Shown here one piece after another: positions 13,057-26,339 of a stretch of DNA of 64,000 bases. This DNA comes from Octopus vulgaris (Eukaryota). Position numbers and translations under genes: made by a program. The notes beneath the pieces were generated by a model. It ran no database searches. It saw nothing but the letters and a program-made list of their open reading frames with translations, and was not told the DNA's origin. The stretch's first letter is position 1; every line of letters begins with the position of its first letter. The stretch covers positions 47,616,001 through 47,680,000 of the forward strand of contig OX597821.1 of NCBI GenBank assembly GCA_951406725.2, in the 5' to 3' direction.

Positions 13057-14323
13057 CAGGGGTTGGACAAATCATAGCATCATAATTTCCAAATATCTAT
13101 AAAACCATCAAAAGCTTATTTGTTTTTATGTTTTTTTATTTTTTTATTAATTATTAGTGTTGCTTAATATATTTTGCTAAAATTGTTGTTATTTTTCAGT
13201 TATCATCAGAAAAAGGTAATTAAAATTCATTAAAATGACAGATTTATCAGACTTCCAAGGAGGTCAAATTGTTGGTGCTTGTATGGCAGGTGCTAGTGTA
13301 ACGAAAACAGCCAAGCTGTTTGGTGTATCAAGAAGTACTGTCATGAAAGTAATGACAGACTTTGAGAAAGAGGGAAAAACTTCCTTGTCGGAACAAAACT
13401 CGGGAAGAAAACCAAAACTTTCAGATAGGGACCATCAAACTCATACGCAAATTCTTAGAAAGGATCGCAAAAGTACAGCTCCCAAAATTACTGCAGAGCT
13501 TAATGACCACCTCAAGAACCCAGTTTCCACAGAAACTGTTTGCTGAGAGCTGCACAAAGGAGGATTTCATGTGAAGGTTGCAATCAGAAAATCACTATTT
13601 GCAAAAACAAATATTGCAAAGCATTTAGAGTGGAGAAAAAACCTACAGAATTGGTCCCTAGAGCAGTGGAAGAATGTTATTTTCTTGGATGAGTCATCCT
13701 TTACCTTATTTCCAACCACCAGCCAAGTATATGTGTGGAGACAGCCAAAAGAAACACTTGACCAAGACTGCATTCTTCCAACTGTTAAACAAGGAAGGGG
13801 ATCTGTGATCGGGGGGGGAGGGGGCTATATCTTGGAAATCTGCCAGCCCAATGGTTTCCTTTCATGGCAGGATTAATAATCAAGACTATTTAAGCATTTC
13901 ATGAGATCAAATTCATCTTATGGCTGCAGAACTGTTTCCAGAGGAAATCGCAATCTTTCAGAATGATAGTGCACCAATTCCCACAGCTAAAGTTGTTACT
14001 GAATGGCACAAGGAACATTCAAGTGAAGTTGAACATCTTATCTGGCCACCACAGTCTCCAGATTTCAATATTATCAGATATTTATGGTGCATTTTAGAAA
14101 AACAAGTAAGGAGTCGATATCATCCATCATCATCGCTACATAAACTGGAGACTGTTTTAGCTGAAGAATGGACTAAAATTCCTTTGGAAACAATTCAAAC
14201 TTTGTTAGAGTCTATAACTCATAGAATGCCAGGCTGTAATTACTGCCAAATGCAGTCCTACTCCATATTAAAATAAATTTGCTTGAAATTTTAAGGTGTT
14301 TCCATTATTTTATCCAACCCCTG
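13057..14323 (+). mobile_element. Tc1-family (DD34E) DNA transposon, same family as 5380-6608; transposase pseudogene ~13235-14276
   Basis: TA-caggggttggacaaa ... tatccaacccctg-TA. ORFs 13235-13546 (HTH, SGRKPKLSDRD), 13571-13876 (WKNVIFLDESSF) and 13920-14276 (FQNDSAP, WPPQSPDFNII) are broken by stops and frameshifts. Confidence 0.95.
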
Positions 14324-14393
14324 TAGATTGAGATGACAAAACTCAAATATATACAATCTACACACACAGACACATTCACACATACATACATAC

Positions 14394-14428
<35 letters not shown>

Positions 14429-14899
14429 TATGATGTATACATATATACACACATACATACACATATACATGGATGCGCATACATACGTACATATACATAC
14501 TTATTCATATATACACACATACATATATAAGAAAACACATAGATACATGCATATTTACTTACATATATATATACACATACTCACATCCAAGTAATATACA
14601 AATACATTTACACACAAATATAAATAGCCATATGATTACATATATTTACACTCATACAATAGATGCATATATATACATTCACATACATATATACACACAC
14701 ATGTACCTGCATTAACAATAAATGATATACACACATATACATCTACATATATACATGCCCAAATCCATATGTATACACAGATATATACATACACACCTAG
14801 AAATACATACACATGCACATACATATACATATAGACATATACACACATATATATACACATATATACACACATATATACATACCCATGACTAAGTATTTT

Positions 14900-15450
14900 C
14901 CAATTTATTTTGTATGATTTCTCACTATCCTTCAGTTACCAAATTAGGTTACTTAGACTAGTACTGTTAAATCTATCACTTTTCCTAAAGGAGTATTCAT
15001 GGCTTGCTATCTGTTTTTTAATAAAATTTTCTGCAGAACCTATGTAAAAATAATTTCTTTGTTCCGAATCCACCCTACATCTATATACAATATCGTTCTG
15101 TAAACAAAAATTATTAAGTAAACATTTATCCTTATATCTACAATCACAGTTCCTAGCTAGATCATTATCTGTAATATTATTATTTTTTTAATTATAAAAA
15201 TTGTTCAAACTTTTATTATTAAAGGAGGAGATAATTCTAGATACTGAAAAACTTATTCTAATCCTTTTATTATTAATTATTTTATAATATCTATGTTCTT
15301 TACTAAAGTGTTTAGATATAGATCTATAAAATAGCTTGACCAAATTCATTTTTATTTGTCCTGCGTAAGGAATGATAAAACAAATATAATTATGTTCATT
15401 ATACTTAACATCATTGGGTGTATTTGGGTTGGAATATGGTGCATATTTAT
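14900..15450 (-). mobile_element. Penelope-like element linker/GIY-YIG remnant
   Basis: IPY..IKMNLVKLF..ISKHFSKEHRYYKIINNKRIRISFS..IISSFN, then CDCRYKDKCLLNNFCLQNDIVYRCRV..YIGSAE. Confidence 0.8.
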
Positions 15451-16479
15451 TATCATTAGACCTAAGTTTATTTAAATATTTATTGTTATTCAGGATATAT
15501 TTACTACTCTTGTTCTTATTAATATTAATACTATTGTTAATCATATCATTACTATTTACAAATAAATTGGATACTTTTCTGCTATTATATTTCTTTTCAC
15601 ACAGAATTTCATCTACACCATGACCCTGTAGTGACTTATATATAAGGGAATTGTTATTGTGTGTCTATATCAGAATATATATAAAGTTGAAACAATTTGT
15701 TGGCTTTTTATATTTTTGTAATAATTGTTTGTTATATAATATTATGTTATATTATATTCATAGTATATTATGTAATATTATAAATAAATTATTTGATTGT
15801 CAGTAGCATCTCTCTATTTAATTTCTGTTTGTAATTATATATATATATGTATGTATGTATTAATGTATGTATGCATTTGTTTGTATGTCTACATGCATAT
15901 GCTTTTGCTATGAATATAAAAGTTTATATTCAGAATGGAGATAGAGAAAGTATACAAAAGAGAAAAGTGCTTGAGAGGGGGAAAGTGAGAAAGAGAAAAG
16001 AGAAAGATATAAGAAAGAGTGGTAGGGAGAGAGAGAGTGAAGGACAGAGTGACACACACACATGTGGAAGAATAAATGAAATTCATATGTATTTAATCCA
16101 AGAAAATAGAGATGTGACATCTATCAATTGATAAATATCTGAAATGAATATTCTTGCATGAATTTCTAAATATGGAAAGATTTTGAAGAGAGAAATTGTT
16201 AAAAAAAATGTGTTCAACTTAAAAATTGAAGAAAACCATGATTACTATCTTGAGATTTTTCCTTAATTCAGGAATATTTTGACAAATGTTTTGAATAATT
16301 TTGGAGAGATCAGGTAAAAATCTTTGAAAGATTCATTAATTAAGATTTTCCAATGTTTTTAATTAGCATTGATGAGTTCACCAGAAGTGTGTTTTAAAAT
16401 AGTGTTTCAGAGAAATTTCTTTGCAAAAAATTTCCATTTTATCTTGTGATGGAGTGAAATGGTCAGGCCTCATGTCCTT

Positions 16480-16850
16480 TGCATGTATTCCTCTCAACCT
16501 GGTAGCAATTATATGACCAATCTTCAAATTGAACAGCTTCAAATGTATGTCTACAGGAAAAGTTTGTTATGGAAGGAACATAAAGAAACAAGGAGTTAAG
16601 GTTTGATTGGTTCTATTACAGGTACTCTGCTAAAAGTACTCAAGGCTCAGGTGTGGGTGCTAGATATAGCACTTATTAGAGCTAACATCTATGTTATGCA
16701 ACACAGCTAATGTTAACTGGTGAAGTAACAGTCTTTTCAAGATATCTGACAGAAGAACCTATTCTCTGTATATTTAAATTAATTCTTGTGCTGGTAAACT
16801 TGTTTCTTAAGGCTGTTTTCTACTGCCCCGGTATACGTTTAAGTTTTATT
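16480..16850 (-). mobile_element. Diverged partial copy of the CR1-like fragment at 17620-18440
   Basis: Shares blocks such as ggtactctgctaaaagtactcaag and aattcttgtgctggtaaacttg with 18000-18316. Confidence 0.55.
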
Positions 16851-17227
16851 TCTAGAGTGATGGACTTTACTTCCATATATTACTCATTAGACTTAGGAAT
16901 TGTCATTAATGAGACATTTGTCCATTGTGCAGTATCCTTAATTAATATGCACAGTTAAAAACCTTACATTACAGAAAAATTTATTCAGTTAAATCTCCCT
17001 GCAGTATATGGTAGGGGTTTATTTTTATGGAACCTCTAAAAGGATGAAAATCCAAGTTGAAACTTGCATAACTTGAATTTACTGCTGAGAGAAAATGATT
17101 TAAAGTACTGTATAGGAATGTGAAATAGTGATCTAAATCACTTCACTATTCTCCACGTCTTGATTACACTTCTACACTGGCCCATACATACTAACAAGAG
17201 AGCTCTAGTGTTGTAGCATATAATTAT

Positions 17228-17425
17228 CCTTTCTTCTATAAGCACAAGGCCTGAAATTTGGAGAGGGGGATAGTTGGTTGCATCGACCCCAGTACGCAAC
17301 TGGTACTTAATTTATCAACCCCAAAAGGATGAAAGGCAAAGTTGACCTCGGCAGAATTTGAACTCAGAATGATATACTGCTAAGCATTTCACCCGGTGTG
17401 CTCACAGTTCTGCCAGCTTGTCACC
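17228..17425 (-). mobile_element. tRNA-derived SINE (family C, Meta/MESC-like core)
   Basis: Reverse complement of gccgaggtcaactttgcctttcatccttttggggttgataaattaagtaccag. Matches 41770-41996. Confidence 0.85.
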
Positions 17426-17619
17426 TTGTTGTAAGGTATAATAATTACATTTGTTTAATTGAATGTTTACCATCTGAAAAAGGAACAAAACTAGCACAAA
17501 CCTTATCAATTATGTAACGACATGTAGGACAGAGACAGTCAGGCTAAAATTAAAATTGCTAATGAATGAAAGAAAACCTAACATTAACTACACGAAAGAG
17601 CATGTATGGGTGGAATTGA

Positions 17620-18440
17620 CTACTTTTTATTAGCTGTGACCAGACAAAGGGTGGTGCCTACAGCCTTTGAAAGCACTTCAAGATAGCTGAGATTGATAGA
17701 ATTATTTTCTCTCTTGCAAGTTGACTGCTGCAAGAGAATCATGGGTTGGGAAGAAGATCTAAAGGGCTGGCATCCAGGGATGGAAGGTTTAAGTTTAGTG
17801 GTTTGTGTAAAACATGGGTGTTTGGATGCAAAATAAGGGATGAGAGGAGAAGAGTGAGTTTGATATGAGGCCAAATAGCAGTAGAGAGCATAGGGTATCA
17901 TAGTAGCAATAAAAAAGCAGGAAGAGCACATAATATATCGGTGGGTCAGGAGATGTGGTAACTCCATGCCAATCAGTCAAGTGGCCTTTCTCTGGATGTA
18001 ACTCTCATTCAAACTGGACAGTTTCAGATGTATGTCTGCAGGAAGAGTTTGCCATGGAAGGGAACATAAAGTAACAAGGAGCTCAGGTCTGAATGGTTCT
18101 ATTAGTGGTACTCTGCTAAAAGTACTCAAGAGTCTGGTGGGGGTGCTCGATATTATACTCTTTAGATCTAACATATGTGTTATGCATTACAACTAATGTT
18201 AACCTGGTGAAGTAACTTTCTTTCCAAGAAAGACCTTTTCTCTGGATATTTAAATGAATTCTTGTGCTGGTAAACTTGCTTCTTGAGGCTGCTTTCTGTG
18301 GCCCCAGTATCAGTTTTAGAAATAGTAAGCAAATCTTCTTTAAACCACTCCCTAGCAACTTTTTTTTAAAAATTGAAATATTGGTTAATGTAGTCCTTGA
18401 TATTTTATACTTGAAGAGGGTCATGTCTGCAATATATCTG
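17620..18440 (-). mobile_element. Old CR1/L2-like LINE 3' fragment
   Basis: Minus strand YIQRKAT*LIG..LTHR..FYCYYDTLCS resembles the CR1 RT C-terminus (IQRKAxRLI..L.HRR..FYRYY.G.CS). Ends in aataaaaag. Confidence 0.5.
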
Positions 18441-19391
18441 ATCATAGCTGTGATCCATCAAGGCTGACCTAAGGTTAAAAATCAGCATACAATTGTATGT
18501 CTGACATACAATTCTTGGTACTGGATGATGATATGGAATACCCTTGGTAGTAAGTTCATAGCATTCATCCACATGTTTGAGGAAGCAATTTTATTCTCTA
18601 CATCTGACTGGAACTACTCAACAACTATTCTATCATTACAATATACAAAACATTCCAACAACTCTATCATTAAAATATACAAAACAAAAACCAACAACGG
18701 AGCTCATTTGTTTTCACTAGACCTGATTGAAATATCAGCTAAATCAACCCCAAATAACATCTTTCTATTTTAAAAAAAACTGGAAGATCACAGTAGATAA
18801 TTGAGTCCTACATGTATTGCATCTGAACACAACAGGAAAAAGATGGTTATAACTGTAAATATTTTGACCATAGGCTGACCTAGGGCTAAACAACAAAGAG
18901 AGACATGTTTTGTATATTTGTTGGATGCATCAGAAAGATGCATCAAGTTATAAAATACTTCTTTTACAAACTACAATTATTTATAGAATTATCCAATCTC
19001 CCTCAACTGAAAGTCACTTTCAGGGTGTTTATTTTGACTACCTACCAACTTGTAGAGGACTTCAGAAAACAACAGTGGTGAAATAAAATCTGATTGGGCT
19101 ACTGGATGTGTACATCAGGACCAGCTTAAAGTTTGCCAACTTTCATAATTTCATAATTTCTTTGATGTTTACCTCCACATAGCCAACGACAATGCTATTA
19201 CCAAACTAAAAATTTAAAAAGCATTTTAAAGCCAAAGCCTTTGTTAGCACATGCCTCAATATAATCTTGGTATATTTCCTTGTTTTCATATTCACTATTT
19301 GATGATCAATATCTGCCATCAGTGGTGATGTTGTTCACAAATTGTGATGTAAAATAAATCACCAAAAAACAATTCCTTTCTTAGCACATAC

Positions 19392-19586
19392 CTGTATGAT
19401 AATGTTTTGTTTCCCTGTTCAATTCTAATGCGTGTATAGAGGTTTCATGCAAATATTCCTGTTGATGTTAATCTGAATGGACATTAAAAATCCTAAGTGG
19501 CAGTGATTAATCTCCAACATCCTCTCATATTCATATCCATTGAACATCACTAATATCTACTTCTGTTAACGTTCACCCAGATCTTC
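19392..19586 (-). other. Candidate non-coding exon (195 nt)
   Basis: Acceptor catcctattttgcag| and donor cag|gtatgt in unique sequence. Stops in all three frames. Confidence 0.35.
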
Positions 19587-19664
19587 CTGCAAAATAGGAT
19601 GGATTTAATGGTATAGTTATTAAAACGTGAATACTCATATATACCAGATTACATATATACATAA

Positions 19665-19703
<39 letters not shown>

Positions 19704-20747
19704 TGTGTGTGTATATGTGCGTTGCACATATTCACACATATGGACACACACACATACATGTACACAGAAGTGCTTATACATACATACATATACATATATA
19801 CACCCGTGTAAACATATAATTTTATTCTTACGTACAGATATGCGTATAAGAGAATTTGTATATATGTGCATATATATACATACATATATACATACATACA
19901 TATGCACACACATATATATACACACATATATATGTTATGTATATATATATGCATATATATATTACACACACTAACACACACACATAGTAGAGAGAGACAA
20001 AGTGAGAGAAAGAGAGAGAGAAGGGACTTATTTAAGTTTAAAAATGAACGTAGACATACATGTACAATATACACACACAATTACTAAATGAATAACAATG
20101 ACAAACAGTGACAACATATATTTGAAGTAAATCTCTTCCAGAAGTATCTTCCTTGAGTTTTCCTTGTTGAAATAATGTTAATAACTTGATGTATTTTATA
20201 ATTAAATGGTATTCTGATGTCTATTCACATACAGATTTGCATGTGCGTGCTTGTGTGTGTGCATGTGTATGTGTGTGTGTGTATGAATATTGAATATCGG
20301 TTATTTATTTCAGTCACTAGACTGCAAACCATACTGGTGTGTTGCCTTCAAAATTTAAACTGCTTTGAAAATGTAATCAGTGATACATTCAGGCATGCAT
20401 TTATATATGTGATCTAGTGTGTACATGTAGATGCATATATATGGACACGTACATTTAAATAGAGGGTAGAGACACAAATATATCAGCAAACAACTTTCAG
20501 ATCTATGGTTTGTAAACAGGATTGTTTCACTATCTTTTGAATATTTATACAATTCTTATGACGTCAACAATATACGTGAGTGTGTGTGCGTGTAATGTTA
20601 CACACACACCAGAGCATATAGTATTCAATTGCCATAATATGACCATCCCAAAGTATAACGATATCTTTTTTAACGCCTGATTTCATATCAGGAATCTTCC
20701 AAAACAATTACGTAAATGTGTATATATATATATATATATATATTATA

Positions 20748-21456
<709 letters not shown>

Positions 21457-21489
21457 GCATATAATATATGCATGTTGTGTTGTGTTCTG

Positions 21490-21757
21490 CGTGGGCTGCG
21501 TGTTGTGTTCTTGAGCAAAGCACTTTATTTCACGTTGCCCCACTTCACTCACCTGTAGAAATGAGTTGCGACATCACTGGTGCCAAGCTGTATCGACCTT
21601 TGTCTTTCCCTTGGATAACACTGGTGGCGTGGAGAGGGGAGGCCGGTATGCATGGGTGACTGCTGGTCTTCCATAAACAACCTTGCCCGGACTTGTGTCT
21701 AGGAGGGTAACTTTCTAGGTGCAATCCCATGGTCATTCATGACCGAAGGGGGTCTTT
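21490..21757 (+). mobile_element. 5'-truncated SINE (Nin/Deu-like core suspected)
   Basis: gtgttcttgagcaaagcactttatttcacgttg SINE body and atgggtgactgctggtcttccataaacaaccttgcc. Family assignment is from recall, not a search. Confidence 0.6.
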
Positions 21758-22022
21758 ATATTATGCATATATATGTAAATACACACACACACACACATAT
21801 ACACACACATACACATACATAAATGTTAAACAAGGAAAATGAGTGCTCAACACCAAACTGGTGGATAGAATTTCTTTATTTTTGTATCAAGTTTACCATT
21901 GGTTTCATGTTAAGAAAATGGAAAAATATCTCAACAATTTTTCAAGCTGATCACATGGAGGAATGGTGTTTGTCTCCATTTTGGATAGAAAAACAGTCTC
22001 CTGTGTGTATATATATATGTAA

Positions 22023-22064
<42 letters not shown>

Positions 22065-22067
22065 TAT

Positions 22068-22133
<66 letters not shown>

Positions 22134-22503
22134 TCAATAATATTAATATGCCAATTTGTTCTTTTTGTACGTACCTGTCATGTGTGTCACACTTGCTTCA
22201 AAGAAGTTAGTGGTAATGTGAAAGAGAGGAATTAAGAGAGAGTGAAAAAGAGAGAGAGAAAGGGAGAGAGAGAGAAAGAGAGAGAGAGCGAAAGAGAGAG
22301 AGAGTGAAAGAGACAGTGAGCGGTGACAGCGTTCGTTTTGTGTTTTTAAATGTTTATCACATCGCAATAAAAGTAGATATATAGACACATAAATACAGGG
22401 TAGAGACAAAGATTTATCAGCAAACATTGATATGTTTGATGTGCTTACGTGCATAGCAGCATTCACTTGAAAGCCTCAACACAGTTTATGATATATATAT
22501 ATA

Positions 22504-22588
<85 letters not shown>

Positions 22589-22840
22589 ATAATTTATTTG
22601 AGGGAATATTATTCCTAACTTACAGGGAAAAATTCAATTTAGAAATACTAAATCAAATTTCACAAAATATAATATATATAAAAATTAGAAAAAACACCTT
22701 TTATCAACTCAAAGTGAACAATTAAATTACACCATCTAGAAAATTACATATAATAGAAATATTCAAATTAAAATAACAATAATATAGCAAAGATTAAGTA
22801 AATTGCAAAATAATAATAAAAACGTATATATTTGGTAGAA

Positions 22841-22944
22841 TAACGACACGTGTTTCGTGGCTATATTTAAGAAATGATTATAGTAAAAATATTAATAGTA
22901 GTAGTAAAATCACTTCGATATAAATATAGCCACTCATCAGGTTA
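22841..22944 (-). ncRNA. Intact minimal type I hammerhead ribozyme
   Basis: Minus strand reads uaac-CUGAUGA-guggcuauauuu-[loop]-aaauauagccac-GAAA-C-ACGU-G-UC|guua. It has a 4-bp stem I, a 12-bp stem II, a palindromic ACGU loop III and a GUC triplet. Predicted cut between 22845 and 22844. Confidence 0.85.
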
Positions 22945-23149
22945 AAAATAAATTAGAATAATAAAATAATTAATTAATAAATATACTTTAACATATATAT
23001 ATATATATATATTTTAAAGTATATTTATTAATTAATTATATATATATATATATATTTTAAATAATTTATTATATTTATTAATTAATTATATATATATATA
23101 TTTTAAAGTATATTTATTGATTGATTATTTTATTATTCTAGTTTATTTT

Positions 23150-23253
23150 TAACCTGATGAGTGGCTATATTTATATCGAAGTGATTTTACTACTACTGTT
23201 AATTTTTTTTACTATAATCATTTCTTAAATATAGCCACGACACACGTACGTTA
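23150..23253 (+). ncRNA. Mutated hammerhead ribozyme (second arm)
   Basis: taac-CTGATGA-gtggctatattt...aaatatagccac-GACA-c-acgt-ac-gtta. GAAA has become GACA and GUC is lost. Confidence 0.7.
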
Positions 23254-23409
23254 TTGAACCAAATATATACGTTTTTATTATTATTTTGCAATTTATTTAA
23301 TCATCGGTATATTATTGTTATTTTAGTTTTAATATTTCTATTATATGTAATTTTCTAGATGGTGTAATTTAATTGTTTATTTTGAATTGATAAAAGGTGG
23401 TCTTTTCTA

Positions 23410-23470
<61 letters not shown>

Positions 23471-23976
23471 CATGCATGTATGTATGTATGTATGTATGTA
23501 AGTATGTATGTATGTATGTATGTATGTATATGTATAATCAAACATCTTGTTTCAAGAATAGTGTATCTCAAAAAATATAAAGCTATTGATAAAAGCATAT
23601 AGCATGTGAATATTAAGTTAGAAAACTCTTTCGGATAGAAAAAGTCTAAGACTGCTCATGGGACATGAACTTACATTTCCTGTAGTCAAAATCCCAAAGG
23701 GTTTTCCAATCCAATATTTTCAGGTTATTATTTATAGCTTTCTGTGCTTTGAGATCTAGGGTTCCTAAATACAATTATTTCACTGTCTCTTGAATATTTA
23801 TAAAATTTTTATGACGTCAACAATATGTGTGTGTGTGTGTATTGTTACACATACACTAGTGCAGGTCGTATTTAATTGCCAAAATACGATCATCCCAAAG
23901 TATAACAAAATCTTTTTCAATGCATGACTTCACATCACGAATCTTCCAAAACAAATACGTAAATGTATATATATGT

Positions 23977-24026
<50 letters not shown>

Positions 24027-24040
24027 ATATATATATATAA

Positions 24041-24077
<37 letters not shown>

Positions 24078-24303
24078 TACACACACACGTATACGTAAAT
24101 TACGTAAATGTTAAACAATGAAAATGAGTGCTCAACACCAAACTGATGGATAGAATTTCTTTATTTATATATCAAGTTTACCATTGGTGTCACGTTACGA
24201 AAAATAGAAAACTACCTCAACAATTTTTCAAGCTGATCACATGGAGGAATGGTGTTTGTCTCCATTTTCTATTAAAAGTCTCCCGTAAGTGTGTGTGTGT
24301 ATG

Positions 24304-24334
<31 letters not shown>

Positions 24335-24394
24335 ATTTATATATATATATGTGTGTGTGTGTGTGGGGGGGGGTATATATATGTATATATGTAC

Positions 24395-24427
<33 letters not shown>

Positions 24428-24484
24428 CACATATGTATATATACACATATGTATATATACATATATATACACATATATATATAC

Positions 24485-24542
<58 letters not shown>

Positions 24543-24563
24543 ATTTATATATATGTATATATG

Positions 24564-24595
<32 letters not shown>

Positions 24596-24652
24596 CACAT
24601 ATGTATATATACACATATGTATATATACATATATATACACACATATATATAC

Positions 24653-24693
<41 letters not shown>

Positions 24694-25608
24694 CACATAT
24701 GTATATATATATATATATCAATAATATTTATATGCCAATTTGTTCTTTTTGTACATACCTGTCATGTATGTCACACCTATTTCAAAGAAGTGAGTGGCAA
24801 TGTCAAAGAGAGGAGGACAGAGAGGAAGTAAGAGAGAAAGAGAGAGACAGAAAGAGAGTGAGAGAAAGGGAGAGAGAAAGAGACAATGAGTGATGATGAC
24901 TTTCATTTTGTGTTTTTAAATGTTTTTCACATTGCAAGAAAACTAGATACATAGACACATACGTACAGTGTTAAATTAAAAGCGGGAGAGATGAGAGGGA
25001 CACAGAAGAAGTGAAAGAGAAAGAGAGAAAGTGAGAGTGACAGTAGATACATAGATCGAAAGAAAAGTTGATACGTAGATACATAGACAAAGGAAATATT
25101 GAATGCCACTTCCACTTATCATTATCCCACAAGAGGATAATATTAACTCACAAGTGGCTGAGTACTCCACAGACACGCATATCATTAACGTAATTCTCAG
25201 AGAGATTCAGCCTCACACAGAATAGGACAAGGCTGGCTCCTTTGAATTACAACTACAACTCATTTTGGCCAACTGAGCGAACTAGAGCAAGATAAACCTT
25301 CAAATGGTTGGAAGAAAATGCAGAATGATCCTATATAGGGGCAGGAAAATCTTATTAGTCATTAGGGTCACTATGAGTGTTAATCTGGTCCTAACAGCAA
25401 CATTTGTGGGTCTCACAGATCTGGTGGTCAAGCCCCCATGTAAACACCATTGCGCAGGATGTTTGTTATCAAAATAAGCATGAGTCGAGGGTGAATACAT
25501 GAGGGAATAGCAATTATTTCGTCTTAGCTTTCACAACTCATACTAAACGCATGACATTTTTGCCTAACGATATTGAACATTTCCTTTTCTTTCACTCTTT
25601 TTAAAAAC

Positions 25609-25930
25609 TGGCACTCCATTGCTTACAACGACAAGGTTTCTGTTTATCTGGTCAATGGAACAGTCTGCATGTAAAATTAACGTGTAAGTGGCTGAGTACT
25701 CCACAGACATGCGTACCATAAGTTAGTTCGCAAGGAGATTCAGCCTCACACAGAATGTGACAAGGCTGACCCCTTTGAATTACAGGTACAAGTCATTTTT
25801 GCCAGCTGAGTTGACTGCAGCAGAGTGTAGTAGAGTACCTGGCTCAAAAACACAGCGCGCTGCAGGAAATCTTACTCATGATATTAAGATTGTGGGCCGA
25901 ATACTTCTAACTACTGAGCCATGCACCTTC
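25609..25930 (-). mobile_element. tRNA-derived SINE (family G); a partial copy lies at ~25140-25290
   Basis: Minus-strand head ggtgcatggctcagtagttag. Shares gtggctgagtactccacagaca..ggagattcagcctcacacagaat with 25154-25222. Confidence 0.7.
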
Positions 25931-26339
25931 ACTCTCTTAACTATAGAGAAAAGGAGTGAAGCGGCAGCGACAGGGAGAGGAAAGCCTCAGTCATTTACAA
26001 TGACAATTAGACTGAAATATAATCGACCTTTTCTAGCTTCTTTGCTTTTAACAATGAAGAAGAGGGAAATACTTTTAGTAAAGAATAGAGAGAAAGTTTT
26101 TCAGGTGTTTACGTTTTTACTCTGGGAGTTCTAGAATGATCGACTGTTAGTTCTCTCTTCTTTCCCCCACCCCTGGTACTTATTTGCCTTCTTTCATAGC
26201 TCTTCCTGTAGTTTAGTTGGGGTGGGGTGGGGAGGAAGACCATGTTTCTTTTCAGGCACATTTAGCTCTTTCTCTACAAACTACGTATATGCACAACAGA
26301 TTAGACTGTTGGAGAAAAAAAAATCCTAACATCGGGCTA

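Larger units (their letters stand above)
22682..23413. repeat. Head-to-head inverted repeat, ~310-bp arms (22682-22991 / 23103-23413), Penelope pLTR- or retrozyme-like
   Basis: aaattagaaaaaacaccttttatcaac...aatatacttta is the reverse complement of taaagtatatttatt...gataaaaggtggtcttttctaattt. Each arm carries a hammerhead motif. Confidence 0.92.

Noticed and set aside
21953-21980. miR-122-like sequence (tggaggaatggtgtttgt) in a small hairpin
   Set aside because: The similarity is partial, the seed differs, the hairpin is too short for a pre-miRNA, and miR-122 is vertebrate-specific.
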